The notes below the pieces were generated by a model, which was not told the origin of the DNA, did no database searches, and saw nothing but the letters and a program-made list of their open reading frames with translations. A stretch of 64,000 nt of DNA. Origin: Pelomyxa schiedti. Lineage: Eukaryota > Protista > Evosea. Of the stretch, positions 23,581-36,700 are shown piece after piece (the first letter of the stretch is position 1; each line of letters opens with the position of its first letter). Both the position numbers and the translations under genes were made by a program. Where the stretch lies: the NCBI GenBank assembly GCA_020536535.1, contig JAHLWZ010000833.1:26349-90348 (forward strand), written 5' to 3'.

Positions 23581-24305
23581 CTAATTGGCAGAGTTAACTA
23601 GGCAATGCAAAGTGTTGGTGGGGAAGTACATGGGGTTGGTGGCCCAGTTGAATCCTGGCATGTAGTGTGGCTTCATCATTGGCTTCATGGGGTTGCGGAC
23701 ACGAGGCCAGCCAACAATAAACTGCATAACACCAAGCTTGAACTCATCAAAGGAGATGCGGCCATCGCGATTTCGGTCGAGGTTGAAGAGAACCCATTGG
23801 GCAATCTATTGTTTGTGTCAGGTCTTGACGAAAGAAAAGAGAACGCACATAGAAGTCAATGTGGTACCCAAACTTGTGCAAGACATATTGAATTTCTAAG
23901 GAAAATAGTGAGAAACACGGGTCAGAAGGTACGGAAGAAAACCGTGTGGTGTGATAATTCCATCAGCAACAACTTGGCACTGTGTAACATAATTTAATTA
24001 GGGCTCTCACATCGACAAAAGAGCATACATAGAGGCTGTACAGCTTCATTTCGCGCCTCGGGGTCCAAATTGGCTTGAAGTACATATTTCCGGGCAGCAT
24101 TTGGCCAGGATACATAGTGTTCCAAACAGGGTACCCTTGGTGAGGAAACATCGGATACGAGTTCCACGGCATAGCAGCGCGGCCGTAGGCTGGTTGTTTT
24201 TAGGTTGAGGTTAGGTCAGTACACGACAAACACGGGACAAAAAAGGCCTTAAGATCCACCTCCGTAAGATGGGGTCATCAACATCGGTTGTGCGTAGAAG
24301 GCCAT
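23581..24305 (-). CDS. Small EF-hand protein with Pro/Met/Tyr-rich termini, about 5 exons
   Basis: Spliced MAFYAQPMLMTPSYG|AYGRAAMPWNSY... with a canonical EF loop DRNRDGRISFDEF and a degenerate first hand (ADGIITPHEI). Confidence 0.8.
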
Positions 24306-24509
24306 GTCTTGTGGTCTGTGTGATGCGATGATTTTATTTTAAATAATGATTTTCTTCGTGTAAACTTTAACCTCAACCCTTTACAAATTTATTTTTTCTC
24401 AACAGCGCAGCCGTTGGCGAAAAGAGGAAAGTGTAGAAAAGAAATAGAAATCGGGTTTGATTTTGCAGTAACGCTTCCTTCCTCTGATAGACTCGTTTGT
24501 TTATTTTTT

Positions 24510-25952
24510 TCACTCAAGGCACTGCAGCATTTCTGTAGCACAATGAAACTCGGGCAGTTCTTGTAGAGCTTTCGTGAGTGTTCTTATGGGCAGAATGGAA
24601 CCAGATTGTGAGGCAGAGTGTAGTATTTGTTTGCATTTGTTGGAGGTTGTTGAATCACAAATAAGAGTGAAGCTGATACTGCATCTGGAACGCATCAAAT
24701 CAAATGCTATAATGGCTCCACCGGCAGTGCGTGATCCCGTAAGTATGAAGAACCTGATCTAGAGGTTAATTGGTACTTGCGAAGTGAGGATTCCCACTTG
24801 GACATGTCGGAACCAAAATGCCAGTCCGAAAAGCTGACAGGAATATCATCTAAAACAAGTTCTTCTTCGACCAAGTGTACATGCTGGTCCGCCGGTGACA
24901 CGTGATCGAGTGCAAGGAATCCCAATTCGTCAAAGGCAATTGAAGTGGAAGCGGTTGCACTTTCCTTGGCAGTGGTTGCGGAAGAGGAACATGAATCACG
25001 AGTTCCAATTTCTTTTTGTTCAACGACTTGTTGAGCACCATTGGTTGGAGAAGAATCATCGCGGATTGTTCTACTTGTGATAGCACCATCATTTATACAA
25101 CTGTGCGAGTTGCAGGTTCCAAAGGGAGTAGAAATTCCGAAAGAATGGAATACACCTATAAATGGCCAACTTGTGTGATTGGTGTGTCATGGCAGCTTTG
25201 GAAACTTTTACTTGGAAATTCCTAGGCGCGATGGATCCGATTTTATGAGATCAGAAAATAACCACCCCTGGAAAAACGTATTGTAGGTGCTCGTGACCCC
25301 TGGTAGTTGCTGTAACACAACTAGAGATGCCTCGAATTCGAAGTTGTCCACTAAAATCCATCATCAAAGAATTTAGGGAAAGGTACTTACATACGAGTTG
25401 GCAAAGCTGGTGGAAGAATAGTGACAACAGCATCATCACTTTTCGGTACAGAAGAAAAAATTGCATATGCTGTTTTGACAGAAGACCATGCCTTCCTGAG
25501 GGTTTAATGTAACTATCATAACAGCCACAAAAATGGAAGAACAACTCTATCAGTTCAGTGAGCCTGTTTCTGTCAGCGAATGATGCAGGGATTTTCTCCA
25601 CGGGTATACTGTAGGCAGCCAGAACTTCACACATCCTCATTGCATCCCCGCCTAACAAAGTGAGCTCTTTCAATTCGGAAACACTGTAACATGGTTTATA
25701 AGTCCAACTATGACAATGATAATGCAACCACACACAAAAAAAAAAGTTTGTAACTCAGCGTATTTCATTTGGCTTCCATACCCCCATAGGAGCCCACAAC
25801 GCCACACTTTTGAATCCCATTCAATACACCATCACGTTCAACATTCTTGCAGCTGTTTAAATCCAACAAAACTAGGCAGTGCATTCTCACTAAGGGCGCC
25901 AAGAGGAAATACAAAAAAACTCACATCGTGGATCCTCTTGTACGGCCGTCAT
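24510..25952 (-). CDS. Hypothetical protein, multi-exon
   Basis: Continuous protein-like minus-strand frames (25251-25733, 24707-25100, 24510-24650) with intron-like AT-rich gaps. No family recognised. Confidence 0.55.
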
Positions 25953-26021
25953 GAAAAAAACCCGAAAGGAAAAAAGTTACGAAGTTGTATTGTTTAGAAT
26001 AGAGGGGATAGGGGATATCAA

Positions 26022-28392
26022 TCAGAACAGAGGTTTTTCGGCAACAAGCACACAGTTGGTGTTTGGGTAGGGGAGGAGTACAAGGTCCTCTGGTGTTGTT
26101 GCAGGTCCCTCAGCATTGGTGTTTTGGAATATTCTCACTTTTCCCTCCAGCCTATTTTTGACCACCCAAGGGTTGGGATATGCATGTGATGCACCCTCAG
26201 TCTCTATCACTGTGAATCCGTGTTCCTGCAGTTGCTGTTTCCATTCAGTGAAGGACCAAAAGGTGAATTCTTCGTGCATTTCACTTTGCCAGTTGGCTGC
26301 ACCATTGTATTGTATTAGTCACTGCTTGGTTGGTGAAGGGGTTATGAGAAGGCTGCACACCAAGGTAATCCTTCTTGGCCATGAATTCCGCTGCTGTTTT
26401 GAGGGGGACTATGTAATAATCCTCTCCTCCAATGGAGCGATGCTGATAAGTAGCCTTCATTGAAGCCGATCTCTTTCCTTTGGCAATCTCGGATGCAAGA
26501 AAATCTTCACAGAAGCGGTGGAACCTGGCGGAAGTGGAAAGCTTTTGCAGATAAGTAGCATCCGGCGGTGTTCCTGAATATTTGTGTGAATCACATCAAA
26601 ATGAATAAATTGGTACCAGAGGCTTTTCCCTCCCATGAGGTCTCAGCTTCACCATCTGTTTGGCAGCACCACATATATACTTCGCGGTTTTTATCTTCGG
26701 GTCCCACAACATCTCTTATTACAAGTCGACCTCCTTTTTTAAGCTAAAGTGAATAAGATTAATGATACAGTAGTCACCTACTTTTCTACCTGTTTTATCT
26801 TCAAGTCGAGGTAAGTACAAAGAGATGCAGCCTGTTCTCCGTAGCTCCATATCTTTTGGTATGTCAAAGCCAATAAAAAAAGTGGTTTAGAGGTCGAACT
26901 TCATGAGTGGTAGAATTGCATATTGTGGTGTCAATAGAGTTTGGCTCAAAAATTTCGAACATCAAGTTACGCTGCATAACAGTTAGGGGTGCTAGGTGAA
27001 CATATTGAAGGACCTGGTGAAAGTGCACAAAAGTCCCCCTAAACTGTCCCTGACGTAATCTTTCATTGCACTCTGCAAGGAATTCCTTCAAGTTCGTTTA
27101 TTCCAAATAAATCAAGTGTTCCAGGGAAACCTGGGCAATGTCAATACCAAGTAAATCAGAATCTCGGAAGTCTTGAGAAATGAGCACCAGCAGGGCTCCG
27201 TCAGCACAACCCTAGTCTATGGTCATTTGAAATAGAATAGAGCAAAATCACCTCATCAACTATACGGCCAGGTTTCAAAAAACTTTTGATATCATTGTAT
27301 TTGAATTTCATAACTATATGGTGAAAAATCAGTCGAAACAAGGGTAGACAACATATCACCGTCGGGGTTGCTCATCCCCCATGAGTACCTATATGTTGAC
27401 ATTAGAGCAAAGATAAGATGGTAGGACTGCATGCGTGGAGTAATCTCGATTTTCAGTCAAGCTTCCTGTACTGGAAAGAAGTGGGTCGCGAAACAGTCTC
27501 TCTATTCGCTGGAGGGACTTAATTTGAGAGGTGGGAAGTATATCAAGTTACCGTTGGGATTTCAGGAAGGTCTCTCCAAAGAGATAGAGTCGACAAAGAA
27601 AATTCATTGCATGCCACCGCGTTGGAAATAAAAGATGTTCCTCCCTGATGAGATAAGGCGAATATACATTAATTATCTTTACCTCAGAAGAGGAACAAAA
27701 GGAAAGTAAATCAAAAGTTTTATGTGGAAGTCCAGTCACTCCAGCACCATAGGGATACTGGGAATCGTCAATAACAGAAAAACCCAACTTGAGGAATTGA
27801 GGTTGGAGACTCTCGGTTGTGAGGACCTAGGAATAGTAACCCGTAAAGTTCTCTTACTAGAGGGAAACCATACAATGGAGTTGTCAGGTGAAAAAGGTGA
27901 TGTTTCCATACCCTGTATCTGCTCATTGATTTCTCTTATAAGCATTGACCCATATGTTTCCTTAAATCCTGATGAAGGCGTAAGATGAATATGTGCAAGA
28001 ATGTACCAAACCAAAATGAGGGCACCCCAGAATACAATATGGAACCCCAGTAGCCCGGCTAATAGAGTGTCCAAACCTATCAACACCAAGTACCCTTTCA
28101 TGAAAAGGTAGAGGATCATAGCGGGAATTGCTCATATTGCAGCTTGTCACTACAAAAACGAGTTTGTGGAAGGCATTGCCCTTGAGTTCCAACCCAATAC
28201 ATGGTGGAAAAAACAAAAAAAAAAAAAAAAGTCAGAGCAAAGTCACAGAACAATGGCAAATACAATGTGAGGGATGTCAGCATTGGCAGCAAAACACCGT
28301 AAAGTCGAGATAGGGGAGGTCAACAACCGAGTCAGTAACGTTTCATCCCTCCTCGTGAATGCAAGATGGCGTTGCACAAATAACAAATTCAT
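26022..28392 (-). CDS. Bacterial-type two-domain protein: nucleotidyltransferase-like N-terminal domain + class I SAM-dependent methyltransferase; many introns; start approximate
   Basis: Spliced motif I PGRIVDE|GCADGALL...LLGIDI, then NSTTHE, GGRLVIRDVVGP, KDY...WQSEMHEEFTFW. N-terminal VFVVTSCNMSNSRYDPLPFHER and GSLTENRDYST. Confidence 0.8.
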
Positions 28393-28689
28393 TACTGCGA
28401 TGGTGCTCCCAACAGACCGTCACCGCCAAAAAGCAAGTATTTTTTCAGTGTTCCCTAGCGAAAATCCTTCAATGAAGTGAGGGAAGAAAAAGAGGAGAAA
28501 AAACCCTGGTTTCCCGAAATAAGTAGGTTTTTTTTGGTTATTTACGAAGGGTGGTGCTACAGAAAGGGCAGACGGCGTTTTGCCCTTACGGGTGGCGCGT
28601 GAACTCTTCTGTTGTTGTTGTTGGCGGTTTTTTGATGATGGGAGGGGGTGAGGGAGTAAGGAGGACTGACGAGGGCCCGGTGGGTTAGC

Positions 28690-29260
28690 TTAGGACTTCA
28701 TGGTCGCGGATTTGGGTGACCCACGTTTCTTGACCTCACCAATTGCCTGAATGGATGCGCATGGGGAGCAGCACCATCCAACAAGCAAATCGTTGCAGCA
28801 GTTTCCCTGAAGAGAAAGAACAGTAAGTGAAACGATATGATAAGGTGGGGTTGAGTAGAGTGAGTGGGGTGAAGTGAGAGGTTTGTTTTGTGAAACGGGG
28901 TTAGTAATGTACTTCAATTCCATAGCCCTCACGAATGATGTTTCTTATGAATGAGGGTGTGCCGCACATGCAGTTGAAGCACCAATCGCTTCCATCGTAT
29001 TTCTAATGAAGGGTCAATCGCATTCGAAAACCTAATGAAAAACTTACGGAGCGAGCAGAGGCCATAGCACAAAATGGGCAGCACCAACCATAGAGGCCTA
29101 GATACAATTAAAACGATAATAAACGATAAAGGAAGCTTTCGTACAAGTCCCAGCGCCATCGTGGCAAAGCTGTAAGGAGTTAGGTTATAAAAGGAAAAGG
29201 GTCCAAAAGAGAAGAAGGATGTGAGCTCACATCACACAATCCAATTTCCCAAGAAGACAT
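28690..29260 (-). CDS. PLAC8 (DUF614) family Cys-rich protein
   Basis: Spliced MSSWEIGLCD...CLYGWCCPFCAM...IRNIIR|EGYGIE|GNCCNDLLVGWCCSPCASIQ. Confidence 0.9.
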
Positions 29261-29867
29261 TGTTGTAATAGTTGTTAGTCGCTACGCTTGCGCGTTCGTT
29301 CGGTTTTGTTTGTTTTGTTTGTTTTTAAAATTTAACCGCACAAAGCCGTATGATTATAAAACCCCGCGGTTAGATTAGCCGAAAAACAGAATTGGGCATT
29401 TGCGGTGATCGCAATCCGCATGCAACAGCGCCTGGGGTCAATCATTTTGGTTTCCTCACGGTTTTTCTACAGCCACACCTAAATGGCCACATTGGCATTT
29501 CTGTCAATGTGCAAGAGAGTGCACAATCATTCGCCGCCAGCGCCCTGCACAGCACATTAGCAGAAACTCAATCTACCTGGTTGTGCTCCGTCTGAGTCCT
29601 TGTGTAAGTCCCAACAACCTGGTCTTGAAACGTAGGCTCGAAAAAACTGGCCGTTCAGTGGCGTTTGTCCCTTGAAAAAGGCCAGTCAATGAACGCGCCT
29701 GTTTGGTCTAATTGGTTTTTAAAAACACCTAGTTGAATGTCAGGGATTTCCTTGTTGTCAATCCTAGTTGTACCAACCCAAATCTTCGTTCATCAGTGGG
29801 TGACTCTCACTGACAAATAAAAGAATTCACGAAAAACCATCAAGGATTTACACTCACACGATCAAAC

Positions 29868-30682
29868 ATGTTCTCGCTTGTGTCCGGATGTTGGCAGTAC
29901 CTGCTACAAAAGAAGGAGTACTATGTGCTTTTGTTGGGTCTACAAAACTCCGGAAAAACTGTGTGTTGCTGTTATTTTGTGTACCCGACGCTAGATCTGA
30001 TATTGTTGTATTGTCCTCAAGGTTAGACACTCCTAGAACAAACAAAGGCACTGTACAACACAAAACAGCATTATCACCCAACAGCGGCATATAGCCCAAC
30101 GATGGGTCTAAACGGTACTTGCATCGCCCGCTCATGCACTCGTGAACCCACATGTTTTACAGTTGGCAGGATAGAAGTTGGCTCAATTAAACTTGTGATG
30201 TGGGACTTGGGTGGGCAAAAGGCTTTGCGCTCAATATGGTCCAAGGCATTTTGCATGGATTAATGCTTGCCTTTTCTAAATACCAGTAGTTCTACCATGG
30301 GGCTCATGCTATTATATTTCTTGTTGATTCATGTGACGTGGAGCATTTAGAGGAAGCAAAAGAAGAACTTGGTACACTTCATTTGTTACTTTCTTATAAC
30401 AAACCAAAAAAAAAGTGAACGTGCAACGACACATGGACCTGCACGGGGTTCCGATACTCGTAATTGCCAACAAGCAGGAATGTGATACTGCCATGGACAT
30501 GTGTAAGATAGAATCTTTGTTGTCTGTCGGAACCACCCTGACAATAAAGGCTGCCTCGGCTGCTGATGGGTTGTTCCCCATTTGTCTGTTTCTTTTTCCT
30601 AATACGCACTAGAACCGGTGTGCACGAATGTATAAGTTGGATCACAGAGGCTATTAGATATAGCCCAAGAAATGTCTCTTAA
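29868..30682 (+). CDS. ARFRP1: ARF-related GTPase, ARFRP1/Arl3-like
   Basis: MFSLVSGCWQYLLQKKEYYVLLLGLQNSGKT, PTMGLN, WDLGGQKALRSIW, YHGAHAIIFLVDS, PILVIANKQE. Confidence 0.9.
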
Positions 30683-30746
30683 TGTTTGGTTTTTTGAACT
30701 CGTATTAAAATTGTTGATAGTTGAAGAAATTTTCCTCCTTTTTTCT

Positions 30747-31569
30747 TTAATGTTTCTTCTTCTTATCCCTCTTTTTGTCCTTCTTTGCCTTCTTGTCCTT
30801 CCTGCACAAGTTAATGGCTTTAAAATGTAAAGTGGAAGAAAGCATTCCTGAGGTAATTCTTTGAAAACTCCTTGAGTTGCTCAGGTGTAATTCCATAAGG
30901 AGAGCACAACTGAAGCCTTTGTTGCTTGTGCACACTTTCGAGCTGTGCCTTTTGGTGGTCCAACTGTTGCTTGAGCATTGACTTCTGAAGCCCAGAGGCA
31001 CGGGGGTCATAAGCTTCCCATTGCTTAAGGTTAGACATCGAAGCCTTGAACTCCCCCTTGGACTGTTTGAGCTCGGCCTTCTGCTGCTTTATAAGGGAGC
31101 GGTACTGCTGAGCGAGGAGCACGAGGCCCGGCGACGGCTGCTGTGGTCCCATCATCGGGGCGCACGACGCGGCGACCGGGGCCACGACCGGGGCCATCAT
31201 CACGGGCTGCTGAGCCTGGTGCTGCTGCTGCTGCTGGGCGGCGGCCATCATGGTGGCGGAGGCGACCATCGACTGGAACTGCTGCTGGTACACGCTGAGC
31301 ATCTGCTGCTGCTGGGCCAGCATCTGCTGCTGGGCGATGCACTGGCGGAGCAGCTGGTCGTAGGGCACGAGGCAGGCGCCTGTGGGGGAGGCCGAGGTAG
31401 ACGGGGAGGAGGGGCTGGGCGAGAGGAGCGAGGCGGGCGGGGGGGCCGCGCAGAGGGTGGCGGGCGAGGCGTAGGCGGGGAGGGTCAGGATCGCAGGGGG
31501 AGGGGTCGTGGTCGGGGACGACGACGACGTCAGCGTAGTCGCGGTGGCGGTGGTCGTGGGAGTGATGAC

Positions 31570-31602
<33 letters not shown>

Positions 31603-31950
31603 TGGGAGTTGGTGGAATGTGAGTTCCTGTTGTTGCTGTTGCTGTTGCTGGTGCTGAGCATCGGGAGTGGGGACAAGGAGGCCCAACCCAGTGAAGCAGT
31701 TGTTGTTATGAGCGCACTAATGAATGTGAGAGGGGAAGAATTATGTGACACCACACCGCTTGGGAAGACGAGCTCAACGACATCAATTTTTTTTTTCTTG
31801 TTGTTGACTTTTTACACTGCCAACCGACGGAACACTGAGAACAGACAAGTTGGAATTCACTCTAACCACCACTCTTTCTCTGGTGCCACACGAGGAGCTG
31901 GAAGTCGGAACAGTGCTTCCGGGTATGTCGGCTGCGCGAAGTGATGGTAC
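30747..31950 (-). CDS. Gln-rich low-complexity protein with C-terminal coiled coil; boundaries uncertain
   Basis: ORF 30820-31686 has polyQ/T/S tracts and a heptad-rich region. Confidence 0.6.
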
Positions 31951-32010
31951 AGTGATGGAGATGTGCAGGGGGAGCGGGTTTTCGGCGTAGTGTAATTGGC
32001 TACTTAATAA

Positions 32011-33615
32011 ATGTTTTCCTTGTTTTCCAAACCCGCGCCGCCAAAGGAAACAACAACCAGTGGCCACATCAGGACCCCCAGCACCACAAACAACAGCACC
32101 CTCACCACCAGCGGCAGCACGTCCACCACCACCACCAACGCCAACAACAGCTCCAACAGCAGCACAACCAACAATAGCAGTAGTACCACCACCGCCACCG
32201 CCGCCGCCGCCTCCTCCACACCCAGCAACGCCAACAACAACAACAACAACAATGCCAACGCCAACACCAGCAATGCGCCATCGTCGTCGCCCTCTTCGTC
32301 TGCGTCGTCGGGGAGCACAGGAGCCATGACGGCGTCGACGTCCTCGTCGTCGCTGTCGTCGGACGGGGGCGCGGGGCGGGGCCACGAGCGCGACAAGGTG
32401 GCGGAGAAGCTGGCGAGGGAGATGGCGGAGCTGCGGGGGGAGTACGAGCGCAGGATACACACCATCGCAAAGTGCCTGCAAGACAAGGCCGAGGAGAACA
32501 TCGACTTGGCAACCAGTGCGCGGCGTTGCTGCTGCTTAAACTAACTACCTTTCGTTTGTGGGTGTTGCGTTGCTCCCGTGGTGATTGTTGGGCCCTTGGC
32601 TTCGCGGCGCGGCTTGTTTTTTTTGGTTGTTTGTTGTATTGCGGATATAGATGAATGTGTTTCTTTCAATTAATTAAAGGCAACCCACACAACTTTCTTA
32701 TTGGTACTATGTAGAACTGAAGACTGTACAAAATAAGGCAGTAATGTTGGAAACAACTGTAAAACAATCTAGTGAGGCCGTGAGGCAGAAGGAAGAAGAA
32801 ATACACAGACTTCAGCACGAAAAAAAGCTGGAGCAGGTTTGCGTTATTCAGCAGAATCACTATTCCTCATACTCTATAGGACACTGTAGCAGAGATGCAA
32901 CGAAGACTTTTAACTCTAACCTCTTCATTAGAGGCACTTGCAGAGGACAACATCAACATGGCCAAGTCAAAAGGCATGGAGTACAGCACCAAACCCTCTG
33001 CCGCCTCGGTGCCATCAAGAAAGTCCCTCACCCTATCAAAATCATCTTCACAGCCCCCACGCGCCACATCACCACCGCAAATTGTAGATACTCCGGCCCC
33101 GTCTTCCGAAGAGAACGCAATGCTCAGAGATGAACTGAAGCGTGCAAAGGTTGAGCTCGCCAGTGTTTCGCAACGCATTTCCGAACTAGAAGGAAAGCTT
33201 TCGCGTTCAGAGTCAGAGTTAGCCAATGCCAAGAAGACTTTGAGGGTGTGCAATATCTTCCCATTTCATTTTCGCATTTTCAGTGCTAACTGCACCCATT
33301 AACGTTTCCCGTTCCCTTTTTCAGGAGGAGCAAGCTCAGAGGCAAGCCTACAAGGATTCCAATGACGCGTACGAACGCAAGTTGATTGAACTTGAGGAAA
33401 AGATGCAAGACAGCCTCAATCAAGAAGGAGAACGACGGTGTGAGGCTGAGCAGCAAGCCAAGAGATTCAAGAAAAAAGTCGGGGAGCTGGAATTCCTGCT
33501 CAAGGAAATGGACAGTGATTCTGATGATGACGAGAGCAACGACGAAGGAAACGACACCAAGAAGAAGGCCAAAGGGGAGGATTCTGATGAAGAGGACTCA
33601 GATTCTGACAGTTAA
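32011..33615 (+). CDS. Coiled-coil protein with T/N/S-rich N-terminus and acidic C-terminus, about 4 exons
   Basis: ORFs 32011-32544, 32744-, 32895- and 33283-33615 link through GT-AG introns; heptad repeats throughout. Confidence 0.8.
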
Positions 33616-33786
33616 TCAAATACCAACAACCCCTTTAATTCCCCCCTTCTGAGACCAGTTCGTTTTTTCACCCCTTTTCGCTGTGACTGGTGGGCGGCCA
33701 TCAGTTAATTTTTTACCGTTACCGGAAAGTGCCAACCGGAAAAGATCTACGTTTGGTTGGTGGATCAACAAACGATTAAAAAAACA

Positions 33787-36700
33787 ATGGACAGAAGAGT
33801 GCCCAGAGAGATCTTGGTGCGGTGTTTTGTGTGGCTGGAAGACTTCAGAGGTATGACGTGCATTGTGTGTTCCAACTCAAGTGTGGCAGATCTCGTTGCA
33901 CTGTCGGCAGTGTGCAAAAGTTTCCGGACTGCTAGTGAGGATGACAGTCTCTGGGAAAAGCAACTGAATCGCGTGTTTGGGTGCGATTGGGAACGGCAAA
34001 AACACACCCCACTCAAATTTGTGTTTATACACACGTACAAGACAAGGTTTTCAGTTTCACTTTACGTGTTTCTTTACCTCACTGGGACCAGGTTAAGACC
34101 TCCTTCTCCAGTTGGATCCCTCTCGTTTACCGTCATACCTGAACTATGGCGCAATGACGGTGCCTTTCTATCAGAAATCCCAGTGATCAAATGCAACACT
34201 GCAGAGATACCAGACAGTCAAGGCATTATTTCAAGTAAAAACGGGATACTCTAATATGCCACTAAAATATAATACAAGATGTTTTACTAGAAAATGTTGA
34301 AGATGAAACACTCAGCATAGAGGAGTTACTTGAGAAGAAGAAAGTGGTATGTGTGAATTTCTAGTTTATTCCATTTATTCTCTTAGAAACTACTCCTTTC
34401 TGATGATGTGTCCTCACCAGCAGCAGATACATCTACAACAACGCCAATTGTGTCCGAAACGAATCAACCTTCACCAGAAGCCTCAGGTATATCCAGGCTC
34501 TCCACCCCTGATGCCACAGTGCAACAGACAGACAACAGTTCCACTTCTAAACCTGGTAACTTATAGTTGCCATTGGATACAAACTCACTTTGGCATTTTT
34601 CTTTCCAAAAAGCACAACCTGAGTGGCCACAAAGCAAGACAAGAAAAACTTTTATCAATCGGAAACAGACAGCAATAGGGCCGCAGAGAAAACTTGTATG
34701 TGAATCCATATTTTCGTGTGTAGTGAAATAGCACCCCAGTCGGGAAGTACATTTTTGAAACGTGCTGTACTTCCTGTGAAACCTGCGTCTATTGCCCTAG
34801 AAACTTCAGAAACATCCTTTCAGGAATTACTTGAACTCCCACAATGTAAAGATATCAAAAATGCCGTAGAATCGTGGTCTCCCCATAATAATGAGTCTCT
34901 CTCATTTGTATTACAGATTCATCAAGACTTTTGACAAAAAAGTAAGAGGAATGACTATGGAGGCAGAAACAAAAGTAATGATGAATTTCCTTGCCTCAGC
35001 TGAGTACACATTGCACTGCAATTCGCCGTGGAAAGAGATGCCACCCGACCTGTTTCTAATGGCGAAGATGAGTATGAAGACATATCTTTTCAGCCATCTA
35101 TACAACAAGTACAGACGCAGAAACTTCTTTTCCCATTCTTATTCTCTTTTCAGTCTTTTTGTGAAAAAATCTCTTCAAGAAAAGGATACCAAGCTATTCA
35201 AGCACATCCTCAATTTGCGTTCTGTTGTAGCACCAAAACACTTGGAGATCAATAGTCAAATTGATTACGCTCTTGTGGAAAGTGCAGTTAAAGGTTTAAG
35301 CTCGCTCACTTTCCTTTGTCTCATGTTTTTGAAGAATTAGAAGGACTAGACACTGTTATTACACCATATGAAAAGATTGTTTGTATATTGAATTCATGCA
35401 AAGTTCTTTTGTGTACGTTTCTTTTCGAACTTCCTTTTCCTTTAGTCATGTAACAAGGAGCCAGTTTCACTGAAGTCCAGTGGTGTGGCAGTTAGTGCTG
35501 ACGATTTTTTGCCCATGTTTATCTTCATGGTCATTCAGGCCGATATTCCAAAGCTTGCATCCAACATTTCGTAATACCCAGCATGTATTTTTTAAAAAAA
35601 TAACTGAATCAGATTCATTGGGAGATTTGTAGATCCAGAAGAACGTCTTGGTGAAGCATTTTGCTATTTTACACATCTTGCTTCCGCAGTAACATTTATT
35701 GAATCGATGACTCCTCCGATTCCCGATCCGGCTCCTGAAACCCCTGTTGCCCCACGCAAGTAGTGTATTGTGTTTTCTATCTTCTTTTTTCACCATACTA
35801 GAGATTCCGCGTCTCCTCAAACTTTTGATGACAATCCCTGCAATGTATCATCTGTGTCACCATCACTTCCATCTCCTGCATCCAGTACAACTTGGTGCGT
35901 ACTGCCCATTAAATATTTCCGGTTCCAAATACCATAGGCACCCAGCACGGAAAATGACGGCATACTCGAGCCCTGTTCCGCGGATGTTGTCTGAGGAAAA
36001 TTCATGCCTTCCCTCAAGCAGTCCTGTTCAAACTTCGAGTGGAAGTGAGGTATCATCTCCTGAATCTGAGGATAGAAACAAAATACTCCAACTTGGTAAT
36101 CTTACATTACTATTACTTAACCACTTACGCAAGCTCTAGGGATTACTCTTTCACAAGATATTATATCTTCCTTTGCTCCGACATTTATTACCCTTAGTAT
36201 TCCTGTATGGAGTCTTCTGTGTTAACACGTATTCACCATTAAGACAGGTTTGTAGTATTATAGCTGTTGGCACTGGTGAAGTCTGGGTAGGAACCGGTAC
36301 CGGAAAAGTGATTGTATACCAAGATAGTACTGAATATGTGTGCACGATTGATGTTCATACATCTCCAGTACATGCCCTTTGCGTGGACCAGGGGAACGCC
36401 TGGTGCAGTTCCGACGAAGGTGCTCTTTTTTGCATTGGAGTGGCATCACACACGGTTATTAGCAAGGTATGCTGCATATTTCCTTCCAAGTTTTCAACCC
36501 TTTACAGGTGGTAGTTCATGACAAGTTGCACCAAACTATACAACTTGTAATGACACAAATTCTAGAACAGACTTCCACTTGCGTTTTAAGTGTGGCATCC
36601 TCCTCCATATCCTGTCACGCAGTTCAGCTGAATTCTCAGAGTGGTCTTGTCACTAACTCCATTGTGCTTCCTCATCCTGTATGGTGTGCTGTTCAACGGA

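Noticed and set aside
26660-26685. GGCAGCAC..ATATACT similarity to the 5' end of U6 snRNA
   Set aside because: It lies in a methyltransferase exon on the other strand and lacks the ACAGAGA box.
31021-32512. Multiple long overlapping ORFs on both strands (also 8121-8877, 49489-50233, 54638-54971)
   Set aside because: These are shadow frames caused by stop-poor GC-rich trinucleotide repeats in low-complexity coding regions.
33715-33750. ACCGGAA(A/G) motifs near several gene starts (also about 23535 and 63866)
   Set aside because: There are too few instances to separate from chance without genome-wide motif statistics.
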